The notes under the pieces are model-generated. The model did no database searches, had not been told where the DNA came from, and saw only the letters and a program-made list of their open reading frames with translations. A DNA stretch of 63,911 bases, filler included, from Blastocystis sp. subtype 4 (Eukaryota): the NCBI RefSeq assembly GCF_000743755.1. It is 13 parts of 13 records of this genome, joined end to end, with 100 filler letters (N's around TTAATTAATTAA, not from the genome) between each part and the next. Parts side by side here need not be neighbours in the genome. Positions count along the whole stretch, not along the records: positions 33,823 to 38,506 come from NW_014569050.1; positions 38,607 to 43,264 come from NW_014569049.1; positions 43,365 to 50,315 come from NW_014569048.1; 10 more parts are not named here. The stretch is one strand, 5' to 3'. The position numbers and the translations under genes are program-made. Below, piece after piece: positions 35,994-48,924 of the stretch (position 1 is its first letter; each line of letters opens with the position of its first letter).

Positions 35994-36485
35994 ATGAGCA
36001 TTGTTTCACCCTCTTCTATTGATATTCAGAATGATCAGCTAGATGTTACTAGCAAGGGCATTTCTCATAACAACAAGACTATCTATCTCAAACTATCCAA
36101 TGTTGCAGTGTTGTTTGGAGGTGATAATAAGCAGTTTGAATCGAATCCTTCCAAAGTGAAGAAGTACATCAAGTTTGTACCAACTGTTGCTAATGATTAC
36201 AAACTACTCCAATTCTTAAGTGATTCAAATATGAGTAAGAATCATTGGATTAATGATGTCACAGTAACTGCTTATATCAATGAACATACAAAGTTCTATG
36301 ATAAGAACAACAAAGAAATGACAAATGTGAAGTTAATGGATCTTAAGGATGGTACTGTAGATTTGATATTGAGTGGAAGTGTGTTTAAGAACAAATTTGG
36401 TACATTTGAAAGATTGATTGTTCGACAAATGCGTATTATTGAAAAGACTGATAGAAGATCATTGTTTGATGTATGTCAGTTTTGA
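35994..36485 (+). CDS. Putative OB-fold single-stranded DNA-binding protein
   Basis: TKFYD...VDLIL...FG...VRQMRI resembles T7 gp2.5-like SSBs of large DNA viruses (by eye); homolog at 2329..2661. Confidence 0.5.
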   Translation: MSIVSPSSIDIQNDQLDVTSKGISHNNKTIYLKLSNVAVLFGGDNKQFESNPSKVKKYIKFVPTVANDYKLLQFLSDSNMSKNHWINDVTVTAYINEHTKFYDKNNKEMTNVKLMDLKDGTVDLILSGSVFKNKFGTFERLIVRQMRIIEKTDRRSLFDVCQF

Positions 36486-36540
36486 ACTTTGAACTTTGAA
36501 CTCAATTTTGAATTCTTATTTTCACTTTGTATTAATAAGA

Positions 36541-36939
36541 ATGAAATTATACGTATCAAACCCTATTTTCAACAAACGACCAATTGAATATAGGTCTGTG
36601 ACCTATTATAGGTTAATCTCGAAGGGATATAAGTATGAACTTGAAAGTGACACATGGACTAAAACAAATGTTAAAGAAAGAAAGAAAGTGATTAATCCAT
36701 TAACAAATCGTGAGATTAATGTTGGTGATAATTCATTCATGGTAGCTATACGTACAGGATACATTCTATATGATGAAGACAATAACAAACTCGTATTAAT
36801 ACCATCATTGAAAGAACTCATTGAGAAAGAAGAACGACATTATGTTGATCCATTCTGTTGTGAAGATTCAGATGATTCTGATTTTGAATATGATTGTGAT
36901 GAATATGATTATGATGAAGATGGATGTATAGATTTCTAA
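36541..36939 (+). CDS. Viral protein with NPxTxRxI repeats and acidic tail
   Basis: NPIFNKRPI...TYYRL and INPLTNREINVG resemble the viral 2-Cys-adaptor-type motif. Confidence 0.65.
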   Translation: MKLYVSNPIFNKRPIEYRSVTYYRLISKGYKYELESDTWTKTNVKERKKVINPLTNREINVGDNSFMVAIRTGYILYDEDNNKLVLIPSLKELIEKEERHYVDPFCCEDSDDSDFEYDCDEYDYDEDGCIDF

Positions 36940-37039
36940 CCTTAGAGGTTGGAGTAATTCACTTTGATTTAAAACTAAAGAATGAAATACATAATAAGTT
37001 CAAATTTCAAATTTGTTTTTTGTTTTGTATAATAAAGAA

Positions 37040-38506
37040 ATGAATACAACTCTGAATCCAGAAACTGGACGTAAAGTGATAATTGGTGGACCAACTTATA
37101 GAAGAATGGCTAAGAAGTATTATACTGATAGAAATGGTGAATTGTTGGATCAATACTAATAGAAATGGTCAATTGTTGGATCAAGTGAAACCTACTGCTA
37201 ATATGAGTGTACAAACTACGAAAAGCAGAAAAGGAAGAGTTGGTGTGAAACATCCTGAAACAGGTAAAACTATGTATGTTGGTTCGAAAAGATGGAATAT
37301 GGAATGAAGTGTATCATATGTATAATTGGGATGGTAAGAATAAGAAGTTCACAGATAGAAGACAAACTCCTTTATCACAATATGAAGGAAGTGTATGGTA
37401 AGAATAAGAAGTTCACAGATAAAAGAGAAACTCCTTTATCACAATATGAAGGAAGTGTATCATCACGTCGTGAATATCGTAAACACTTTGCAAACATATT
37501 CAATGATATGATAAGAAGAAAGGGATATGAAATGGTTAACTCTGATATGGGATATACAGTTGAGTATTTCAATCTTAATGGTAAGAATAATGTGACTTTT
37601 GCTGAACAAAGATGTGGTAGAAAGATGTTGAAGAAATATGAACATAAGCTTCATAAAGGTGTATTTGAAGTTCGTAAACGAGGTGAAGATGATAATGATT
37701 TCAATGAAGTGAATAAGTTGAATCTTCGAGAAAGAGTTGTTGGTGGATATGTTGTTGAAGAAGATGTGGATGTGTTTAAGAATAGAATGAAAATGTTCTT
37801 ACAAAAAGGATATGGAGGAAACAAACTTACAAAAAGGATATGGAGGAAACAAACAATTCTTGGTAAGTATCGAAACTACAGATTTGTTCATGAAAGAAGA
37901 AACAGATAATGAGATAGTGATGGAAATCGTTCAATAGTGTATTGTGCGAAAATGATTAAAGATGATCGTGTTGCATCAGAACGAATTCTGAAAGTGGGTA
38001 ATGAAGATGAATTCATCAAATGTTTCCTTAAGTTCTATCAAGGAGCAATTGAAGGAGTTGAAATGATGGGTTCTGGATGGCAATATGTTGGAAATCTTGG
38101 TGTACAAATGAATCTGTTGCCTTTAAAGGTATATGTTGGATCTGCTATTAAAACTCCTGCTATTCTTGGTGAATGTGTTGTTAATCCTTGTATCAATGAT
38201 AATCGTTGTTTACAACGATGTTTGATACTTGCTTATAATGGTTCATCGATTATCAAGAATTGTAATACTACAAGAGTATCTGGTTATAGTAAGTATTGGA
38301 ACAAACCAATCAAGAATCCTGTATTTGGACATACAATACTTGAAATTGAGAATGTTCTGAATCTTACTGATAATGAACCATTTGTTGAATGTGAAGAGAA
38401 GTTTGAAGAATTGGAGAATCTACTGAATGTTTATATCAACTGTTATGAAATGCGAATGTTTGATGGATTTGATATGAAGAGTATGGATGAGAAGAATCTT
38501 GAAAAC
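37040..38506 (+). CDS. Protein-primed family B DNA polymerase, N-terminal region (frameshifted by tandem duplications, 3'-partial)
   Basis: GSGWQY...GSAIKTP...VVNP.INDNRCLQRCLILA...FEELEN..NVYINCY matches the N-terminal domain of Polinton pPolB; catalytic motifs lie beyond the contig. Confidence 0.68.
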
Positions 38507-38607
38507 NNNNNNNNNNNNNNNNNNNNNNNNNNNNNNNNNNNNNNNNNNNNTTAATTAATTAANNNNNNNNNNNNNNNNNNNNNNNNNNNNNNNNNNNNNN
38601 NNNNNNT

Positions 38608-38826
38608 GTGATTCAGGCAGAGGGAGAAGCTGAGGCTGCTACGTTGATTAGTGATGCTTTGAAGGAAGCTGGAAGTGGTGTGATTGAAGTACGTCGAATT
38701 GATGTTGGATTTAAGAAGGATCATGAAGTATAGGCTGCTCGTGACATCGCAAATACACTAGCTCGTGCTCCCAATGTCACTTATCTTCCAGGAGGAAAAG
38801 ACAATCAGTTATTATTAGGTATTTAG
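38608..38826 (+). CDS. PHB1: Prohibitin, C-terminus
   Basis: IQAEGEAEAATLIS...EVRRID/AARDIANTLARAPNVTYLP; 30-nt intron. Confidence 0.85.
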
Positions 38827-38859
38827 AGTGGGGTAATACTGTTTAAGAATAAACATCAT

Positions 38860-40635
38860 ACATAACCAGTTTAGCCATCTTGACCTTCCAATCAGAGAAG
38901 GGGAAATACATCAATGGGAAGTCATAAATCAATGGAATACCAGGCCATTTCGTCTTGTAGACAACAGGCTTTCTAATGCATAATACAGACAGACCATCCT
39001 TACAAATGAGAGAAGGTTTCGAAGGAGTATTTGCCATGATAACGACCCATGCCACTCTGGCCCACTCCTCCGAAGTACAAGTCAGGATGAACAACATGCA
39101 ATCTACAGCTCAGTGTCTCTTCATCATGCCTACAAACAGTTGTTCACAGTGACACCACCAGAGTCTGTAGCAAATGTGATATCTTCCACTTCACTACGTT
39201 TATCAGAGAAAATGTAAATAGAAAGAGGTTTTTCACGAGCGTTACAAATAGCAATAGCATCATTATAAGAATCCACTGCATACACAGGAAGAATGGGTGA
39301 AAAGAGTTCCTCTGTCATCAATGGACATGTCAAATCCTTCATGCGCAATACAGTAGGTGGAACGAACAGTGTTTCTGGTTTGAATTTGTTCTTTCCTCCA
39401 ATAATCACTTCTGAAATGGAATTCTCCGAATTTTCATAGAAGTCCACAATTGTATCATAATGACGCTGATCCACAATGTGACCAATCTGATCCTCTGCCG
39501 ATTCAAAACATTCCTTCTCAACACGACGTACAGCATCATAGAAAGCTTCTTCCACATCTTTTTCCACCAACACATAGTCGGGAGAAACACACTGTTGACC
39601 TCCATTGAAGGTTCTGCAACAGAGAATACGCTTAGCTGCCAAATAGAGATCTGCATGCTTTGTTACAAATACAGGATTCTTGCCTCCTAACTCCAGGGTC
39701 ACAGGAGTGAGGTTCTTAGCAGCCTTTTCCATAATCACACGACCAACCTTGTGATTTCCCGTGAAGAAGATATAATCGAACTTTTGCTCCAATAGGGCTG
39801 AAGTTGTATTTCGATCTCCTTTCATCTCAGAACCCAGAACCTGAACAATCCTACATATGAGAGAGTAACACCACACCGACGTTGGATCTAAATACTGACG
39901 AATGAGCTTCGAGATCAGCTTTGAACATGTTGGAGAGATATTTGAGGGTTTCACAACAACCACGTTACCTGCACAAATAGCAGCAGCCAGTGGCATGAGA
40001 CATAACATGAAAGGGTAATTCCATGTACCAATGATCAATGTCACGCCATAAGGTTGAGGAACGAGATATCCTCGAGAAAAGAGAGTGATCAACTTGCGAT
40101 CGTAGCAACGAGGAGTTGACCAAGAAGGAAGATTCCGAATCAACTCTTTGATGTCTGAACGAACCACACCAATGTCATAAACAAATCCCTCAAACTCATT
40201 GCGATTAAGATCTGTCTTCATTGCATTCAGAATCTCGTCCTGATTCTCCTCCAACATTCGTAGCATTTGATTCAACTGCTCTATTCTCTTTTCAATCGGA
40301 AATGTTCTATTTTGTTGGTCCCTGACCTGAATCTTACTTGTGAGTGAAGAAGGATTCTCTCATCTCCTTTACCAAGAGAGGAATTTGTTCAATTGTAACT
40401 GGATTCGTTTTTCCCACAATCTTCCAGTTCTTATCTGGAGTCACAGGGACATCTTTCAATCTAGACTTCATAAGTACTGAATACATAAACATATTTCGTC
40501 GTCTCCACGAGTCAAATTTCAGCAATCTGTATAGAACTGAGAGACCCAGGATAACACCAACTGTACCAAGTGCTCCAATCCAATAATCGTTTATCTATCA
40601 ATAATATGAGCTTGAGTGGTCCATACTTCAATCAT
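38860..40635 (-). CDS. Aldehyde dehydrogenase family 3 (spliced)
   Basis: [30 protein letters not shown]. Confidence 0.9.
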
Positions 40636-40789
40636 ACTAACAATCTGTTCAATGAAGAAAAAGAATAAGATGACGTCATCAAGTCATCTAATTCCCCCTT
40701 CGTACGGAGTACAATACTACCGCGGGAATTAGATTATCAATTGTTGATGAACAATCGGATTAAATAATGAATCTCCTAACAAACAAGAA

Positions 40790-42035
40790 TCAAAAACTTC
40801 GATACTTATCACTTTTCAAATGAATGATAGCTGTTGTCAAAAGATACTGAAGCTGTTCGATGTTCACAAAGATATCTCCAGCATAGAGGACATCCAAGCA
40901 CGCACGAATTGTGGATTCTCCATTAGCATTGATTCGATTCTTACACTCCGGAGGAAAAGGAGTACTACTATTGTAGACACCAATATAGTGAACTCTAGAC
41001 ATCTCGCACAGAGTGTCAAAAAAGAAACCTCCAACATGCGGAGGCGAATACGAAATAACGACACTTCCAGGCAACATATAAATGACATTAGCAAATCCGG
41101 AACCCAATGCACCAATAAAAACGTCTGTCTTCGCCAATGTGGCGATTTGATCCGATGGTTTCATCAACTCCAGCTTCTTCTCCATGTACAAATAGGACTC
41201 CCGATTTCGATTAAAAAACTGTCTTACCTCGTCTACATTGCTGATTGCACGACCAGGCAAGTTTCCATGAACAGCCTCTCTCAAGATAACAAGAACAGAA
41301 GGAATTGTGAAGGAGGAGAAAGAAATCCGAGTATTAAAATAACGGTAGGTTGCTGAACGAACTGTATCCACCTCAGCTATCGATGTGAAAACACCTCCAT
41401 AGAAATAACTGGAAATTCTGCCAACACCAATCTATTCCATAATTCGTCCTATTCAATCAAACAGCATGTCGAAAACAAATAAGTCCGTCTTTGTCCATCA
41501 TCGCCATGTCCTCCATGAACACTGATTTAAACAGATTCTGCTTTGGAAAAAGGGATTGCGTAACATCGATGTAGCTGAGAATCCAAGGATAGACAGAATC
41601 ACGTTGATATTGTAGAAAGTAGATGGTATTAAGAGGAGGATATAAGGTGCGATGATCAAGATAGTGATACACAAAATTGAACACTTCCATGAAATGGGCA
41701 ATATTGCGATTTGAATGGGACATTATCAAGTAACTACCATCAGACTCATCCCAATATCCTGTTGATGGAGGCTTTGATTTGACAACTTTGAAATTCCAAG
41801 ACTTCTGAGGAAAATCTAGGAGTAAAACAACCAACTCACACAAACTCTCAGGAAGACTCTTCGTCGAAACTTTCTTATCATCTAACGAGTACAAGTATGT
41901 ACAACGGTTATAGATGTCATAACACACATTATTTAAGTTGAGCAATCGGACACCCAACACACTTTCAACCATTCGAATGGAAGAATATGGTCCTTTTTGT
42001 GGATCCAGAAGTCTGTTTCGCTCCAATCTAGACAT
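40790..42035 (-). CDS. GT61/DUF563-like glycosyltransferase (spliced, 5' end uncertain)
   Basis: NIAHF; QIATLAKTDVFIGALGSGFANVIYMLPGSVVI. Confidence 0.7.
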
Positions 42036-42472
42036 GAATCACCATCAACATACCTCACTCCTTTTTTTCAAAGAATGCTATCTGTTTCTTTTCAAGACGA
42101 CTTCTCCTATAACTAATGTCATTCAACGACAAATCACCAATTCTCTATTCGATAATCGACATCTCCATCGAGATCCATTTTAACAGAGTCATTAATACAA
42201 TAGTTACTCTCCTCTTCCTCAGAGTCTGCAATCACGTCTGATTCCTCGATATTATCCTTTAGATCGCTTGTAATACTAAAACTTAGTCCAACGACAACTA
42301 CTACTACAGACTTGTGCAGGCGAGTGTCAAACGAATGTTAATAACAGTTCCGATACATATCAAAAACCCGGTGAATACGATATACACCTTTATTAGATTC
42401 AATGGCATCTTGATTGAATGAGCATCGACCTGCAATTTGTTAAATGAGAGTGATTTGATATTAATACTTAGA

Positions 42473-42544
42473 GCGTCAATGGTCTAATGGTTAGGATTCT
42501 ACCCTTCCAAGGTAGAGGTCCGGGTTCAATTCCCGGTTGACGCA
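42473..42544 (+). tRNA. tRNA-Gly(TCC)
   Basis: Cloverleaf, anticodon loop CTTCCAA, GGTTCAATTCC T-arm, downstream T-run. Confidence 0.93.
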
Positions 42545-43364
42545 TTTTTGTTTTTTCATCCTTTCTTATTATATCCACAACATTAGTATCTCGGTTTTCC
42601 ATCCATTCTTTCGTTGTTACTCACAATCGTCCGTTTACAACAAACACACCACTATTATACAGGTTAAACTTATTGAGTCTTAGACTTATCGAATTCTGCA
42701 CGCAACTGTGTACAGAAGTCGTCATTCTCATTTGTCGTATCCCAGTTGTCTTCCCAATGAATAGAATCTGAAAGACTTATTTCACTTCGTTTCCAATCTA
42801 TTAATTACATTTAAAAGACGAAGTTCACCATCCCGTTCGAATTCTTCAAACTCGTCGTCTTCCTCCGCCCTTTCCAAATTAAACACTTCTTTCGTTGGTT
42901 TCGACTGATCTGGTTGCATTCTGCTCTTAGTAGAAAAAGTATGTGATTGTCCAATTGACGGGAAAGTTTGTGCATCATCTTTTCAGCTGGTTAAACATCC
43001 GTTTGTTGCGTTTCTTAACGAAGTACCCATCATCATCTTTTTGTTCTCAAATTTCGTGTATGCTCTTTTGGAATCGCTTTCAATGTATTCTGATGGTTTT
43101 CGCAATAATAACTATCCTATCTCTGTACTCCGGTTTACCTTCTTAGTATTGCTACACACGATTCCGCTCATGCTATTCATGGATATAATGAAAGAGTACC
43201 AACTAATCGAAACACAATCAGAAATGAGGAAACAGAACTGTGTCTTAGGTCGCCAAGTATGCAANNNNNNNNNNNNNNNNNNNNNNNNNNNNNNNNNNNN
43301 NNNNNNNNTTAATTAATTAANNNNNNNNNNNNNNNNNNNNNNNNNNNNNNNNNNNNNNNNNNNN

Positions 43365-46300
43365 TGGAGTTGCTGGATATGCTTTTGGTTTGAAGTATCC
43401 TTCTTATCCTACTGAAGTACCTACTACTGAGTTACCTACCACTGAAGTACCTACTACTGAGGTGCCTACTACTGAGGTGCCTACTACACCAATTCCTACT
43501 ACCCCAGCTCCAACAACTCCAATTCCTACTACTCCTGTTCCAACAACCCCTGTTCCAACTACACTAATTCCTACTACTCCTGTTCCTACTACTCCAATTC
43601 CAACAACTCCAGCTCCAACTACACCAATTCCTACTACTCCTGTTCCTACTACTCCAATTCCAACTACTCCAGCTCCAACTACACCAATTCCTACTACTCC
43701 TGTTCCTACTACTCCAATTCCAACAACTCCAGTTCCAACAACCCCTGTTCCAACTACTCCAGCTCCAACTACACCAATTCCTACTACTCCTGTTCCTACT
43801 ACTCCAATTCCAACAACTCCAGCTCCAACAACACCTGTTCCAACTACTCCAGCTCCAACAACACCAATTCCTACTACTCCTGTTCCAACAACCCCTGTTC
43901 CAACTACTCCAACCCCTACTACTCCTGTTCCAACTACACCAATTCCTACCACACCTGTTCCAACTACTCCAATTCCTACTACTCCTGTTCCAACAACACC
44001 TGTTCCAACTACTCCAGCTCCAACTACTCCAATCCCTACCACACCTGTTCCAACTACTCCAATTCCAACTACTCCAGCTCCAACAACACCTGTTCCAACT
44101 ACTCCAGCTCCAACAACACCAATCCCTACCACACCTGTTCCAACTACTCCAATTCCAACCACCCCAGCTCCAACAACACCTGTTCCAACTACTCCAATTC
44201 CAACTACTCCAGCTCCAACTACTTCAACCCCTACTACACCAATCCCTACTACTCCTGTTCCAACTACACCAATCCCTACTACTCCTGTTCCTACCACTCA
44301 GATCCCGACAATGCCTCCTGGTTGTAAGTCTCTTTCATTCCCTATTAAGATTGAAAAGCTGACAGGGAATGGTTATTTTTGGGCAGAGAATATCTATCTC
44401 TTCGATACAACTGCTGATACCAACGATATTACCAAAGCAATGTTCACTGCCGACAGCTTCACCTATAATGATACATCTCTTATTGAGGCGGAGGTGAGAG
44501 AAGGTACAGTTCAAGGTACTGAGAATTGTCTCTACAGTCTTGTGTTAGTGGCGCAAGAAAACAGTGCATGGGCTGATGGTGGAAGCGTCACAATCTATGG
44601 AGCTAATGGCAACGTTATCTTCAAAGGAATAATGGCTGAGAATACCAAAGAATCATATCAGCTCTCTCTCTACTCACCTATCAATAAGGGAGAGGAATGG
44701 AAGTATTCTGCTACAGTGAATGATGGTTGGTCTCTCCCTGAGTATGATGATTCACAATGGGATTCTTCTCTCTTGCCTCATTCTGGTGAATCTGTACTTA
44801 CTGAGTATTATCGGAGATCATTTGTTGGTGTTCGTGGGATGGCTGCTATTGACATCGAGTTCCAGTATATGGCTGGTATTGTTGCTTACATTAATGGTGT
44901 CGAAGTCTATCGTGACAACATGCCTGAAGGTCCCATTGATAGCAGTACACCTGCTAATGGTGAGTATGCCTCTTTGGACTTTCATGGTATTATCAAGCCT
45001 GCCAATGTTATCGAGAAGACTGACTCAGTTCTGGCAGTGGAACTCCATTACATGAGTCCTGTCTCTCCCCAAGCATTCGATGCCTTCCTTTCCTATTTGG
45101 CTGGAATCTCTCCAGCTGTTAACTGTTTTGTGTATCCACACAGCATTTCAGTCAGTGGTTCTTCTAATGGCCAGGCAATCGTTGATTGGAATAAGTATAG
45201 TTCCTGGAACTCTAATTCCTTCCCTGATTCTGTTGACTTTACGTTCTCTACATTAGCTTGGATAAACGGCTTGCGTATCTATCATAACTATATGAGTGAT
45301 AATCCCTCTTCCTTCATATTCACTGTCACTGAAGGAGGTTCTCAGTCAGAGATTCTCAATGCTAATGAAATCAGTCGATATGAAACTCAGTACAGTGTAT
45401 GGTTCTATTCAGATACAATCACGAAGGCCCAATCATTCGGAGTTACAATCGAGTCGGAACACACTACTGTTATCCCTGAGCTTCAATTCTTGGTATGTAA
45501 CCATGTGAGTCTCTCCTACCCTCAATCATCGTATTCTGTCATGACACGACAACCTGTCCTAATCCAGCCTCAGCTCTCTCAAGTCACCGAATGTACTATG
45601 ACCCCTTCCCTACCTACTGGACTTACTCTTGGCTCTGATTGCACAATCTCTGGAATGTTGCCTTCAGCTTCTTTGGATTCTTCTGAGACTATCTACACTA
45701 TCACTGGAAAGATGGGCGAGTACACTGTTACTGATACAATCACTTTTTCTTTCATTCCTTGTACTGAAACTCTTCATGTAACTAAACTGTTTAAGAGCCT
45801 TGATGATGATGAAGAATTCCAGATCCTGAATGCTGCTACATCTGAAGTCTTATTACAAGGTAGATCAAAATCGAATGGAAACGATTATACATTGAACACC
45901 TATTTGTGTCTATCTGCTCCTATCAAGGTTATTTTAATGGGTACCACTTCTTGGGAAAAGGAGGCTTATTTGTATATCCACACTGTTCTTCCTGATGGAG
46001 AGGAACAATTGATATTCAAGGGATTGTATGACAACATGTACCAAATGAATCAGAGTGAGTTTATCCTTAATGATTATTTGATTACTGATGGAGCTACATG
46101 GAGTTATTTGATCAATGAAGTGCCATCAGATTGGTTGAGTGTTGACACTTCCTCATGGTCAACAGGGTCACGTGGATCCTTTACAGGACCCAGTTCAATT
46201 CAGTTATACAAACGACCTTTTTCTGTTCTTTCCAAAGCTGATACTTCTGGTATTATTCTCTCGATTCGTTATCAAGCTGGTTGTATTGTGTATCTGAACG

Positions 46301-48501
46301 GAAATGAAGTTTGGAGGAATGGAGTGACTGGAGATCTTAGTCCCTCTTCCAGTTCAACCAATGAGTATACAGAACTGAAATATCGTGTGATCACTCTTTC
46401 AGCAGACTCTCTCGTAGATGGAGAGAATATGATTGGTATAGCAATTGTCACCAGTTCTATTGAACAGACCCCTGTTTTTGATGCAATGCTTCGATTGATG
46501 GGTCCTGATCCTGAATCTCATATCTGGGAATTCACTGGATCTCTGAGTGGTAGTTTAGAAGGAGAATTCCATTATCCTTTTGACCAGTATGAAGGAACAT
46601 TCTTACGAGGTGATGGCAATCCAAATTCTCTCATTATCGTTCTAGCAAATGATCGTAGAGAATGGATAGCTTCTGTGATGATTCAAAGCTATTTAAGTGA
46701 TTCCTATAAAGGTGCTGAGTCCTTCTCACTGTATGGTCGAAATTCAGATACTGAAGAATGGATACAGATCACAAGTGTAAGCAGTCTAACATATCCATCT
46801 TATGGATACAAGAATGTGAAGTATTTTGAGAATAATCATTCATTCAATCAATTTAAGTTCGAAAACTTCACATTCTTGGGTAATTCGACTGGAGCTGTTC
46901 AGTCTCTTGATCTGTTCGCTGTTAATGTTATGAATAACTTTGAATTCCCTTCTCCCATTACTGCGATTGCTCCTGCTGAACTTACTCCTATCACTCCTTT
47001 GAGTTATGGTTTCTCAGATTGTTCGATTGAACCATCGCTTCCTTCAGGACTTACGATGGATGCATCATCATGTACTATCACAGGTACTGTCACAGTACCA
47101 CAGTCCATTACATATACTGTGACAGCACATAACTACAAGGCAGAGGTTGTAACAGCATCCTTCTCTCTTGTGGTTGAACCGTGTGTAGGATCAAAAGGAC
47201 TCATTACCATTGTGTATAAGCCAGATCCCTATGCTAACGAGAATGGATACAAAGTATTTGCTGGACGAAGCACATCTGGTATTCCAATTCGTTCTGTGGA
47301 TAGCCTCCCTAATGGCATGAATTACTATGAAGTAGCACTCTGTTTGGATGCAGGCATTTATTCACTCCAGACTACAGATTCGTATGGCGATGGTATGAGT
47401 GGAGCTACTGGTTATAAGCTGATGATGGGTTATGGAAAACCAATGACTGTGGATGTGATGATGATGGAAGGTAATGAAGTGACTTCTGTGTTCTCAACTT
47501 ATTATCCATTCGAGCTTGAATACACAGATTGGAAGGTGATACAGAGTGATGTACCAAGTGATTGGAATACTGTGAGTTTCGATGATTCCACTTGGAACAC
47601 ATACAAGGCTGCTGCCATTCCTTCCACTTCTTCAATCACAACATATATCCGAAAGAGTTTCACAATGAGTGGAGTGAATGATTACCAAGTGTTGAATGTT
47701 CAAGTGAAGTATATTGGAGGGGTGGCTGCCTATCTGAATGGAAATCTGGTTGCTCGATTCAATCTGGCTGAAGACTTTGATTCCAACACAGAATCTCTGG
47801 CTTATCACAATCCTGGTGTGTTATCAAAATTCCATGTGATTTTGGCAACATCCGGAATTGAGGAGGGCAGTAATGTATTCAGTTTCGAGATTCATCGTCA
47901 TTTGGGTGGTACTTCTACTGCTCCTGTTGTGTTTAATGCTACTGGAGTATTTGGAGTTGAAGACTGTTCTACTGTTGTTGATTCTTATTCTTCTCTCACT
48001 TCTGATTCCTATAATTCTAATACTCTTGCTAGTATCATGAATTTGGATAGTTTCACCTTTGATGGTAGTATAACTGGAGCAGGTTATGTCGAATGGACTG
48101 TTGAGAATCTGGAAGGAAGCAAATGGAATTCTCTCATAATTCTGGGTGAACCAACTGAAAGTGATTTCATTATTGATGGCTATTATTCTGAAACAGAGAA
48201 GCGAACTCTTAAGTCCATCGCTTCTGCTAAGATTTCGAAAGCTAAGATACGTCAACCAGTATCTTTAGCTCTTCATGGCTTCTCTAAGTATCGTTGGGAG
48301 CCTACGAGTTTATCTTCTAATGTTTATTCTATCCTAGTGGCTTATTGTAAACCAGCTAGTTCTGGATGTCCTGCAGTGAATGAGTATCCAGCTGTAGATG
48401 AGGGAGAATTATCTCCTGGTCCTTGTGCTTCTGGTGCTGCGTATTCATATCGAGAATGTACTGGAGGCATGTTAGGAGATATAAAGGATGATACGTGTTA
48501 A
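43365..48501 (+). CDS. Large surface/secreted protein: mucin-like stalk, three galactose-binding-like modules, He_PIG-like Ig repeats (5'-partial)
   Basis: 1703-aa ORF; three Y..G...YxNGxxV.R modules; LPTGLTL and LPSGLTM Ig-like motifs. Confidence 0.8.
43408..44310 (+). repeat. 15-bp coding minisatellite, PTT(P/E)(V/I/A) about 60 times
   Basis: Direct reading. Confidence 0.95.
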
Positions 48502-48924
48502 CCTTATGGTGTGTAGTTATGTGAGGATACTCCTAATGTTTGTTTTAGTCTTTTTATGGTGTTTTTGCTTAGTGAACCCATTTTCTTCGCTTTTCGATCA
48601 TTTCTTTTTCACTGAATCTAATCGCGGAATTATACAGAAGCATTGTTAACAATAATCTTCTTTTGTTTCATCGGAAGCAACTAGAATTGATTTTATTAGC
48701 TGTTTTAAGTATCTAGTAGTCACTTCTATTCATAATAGTGTATGTCCTCAGTTTCATGCTTTTGATGAATTCTGTACATTGTACAGAGAGTGAAGGAAGG
48801 GATGCACAAGTATCATCGGAATCCTCTGTAGAAACAAACCGTATCGTTCGTTGTAGGGCTACATGATTAGAAACAGNTATGCAGCTGAAGTAATGATTCT
48901 CGTTTAGAAGGTGTTTCTCGTTTA

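Larger units (their letters stand above)
35184..38506 (+). mobile_element. Terminal and replication arm of an endogenous Polinton-like virus
   Basis: AGTAGTAGT terminus, conserved TIR motifs, CAGACAAA subterminal repeats, intron-free ORFs leading into pPolB. Confidence 0.82.

Noticed and set aside
43404..44297. 297-aa VVG-repeat ORF on the minus strand
   Set aside because: Antisense shadow of the PTTP coding repeat
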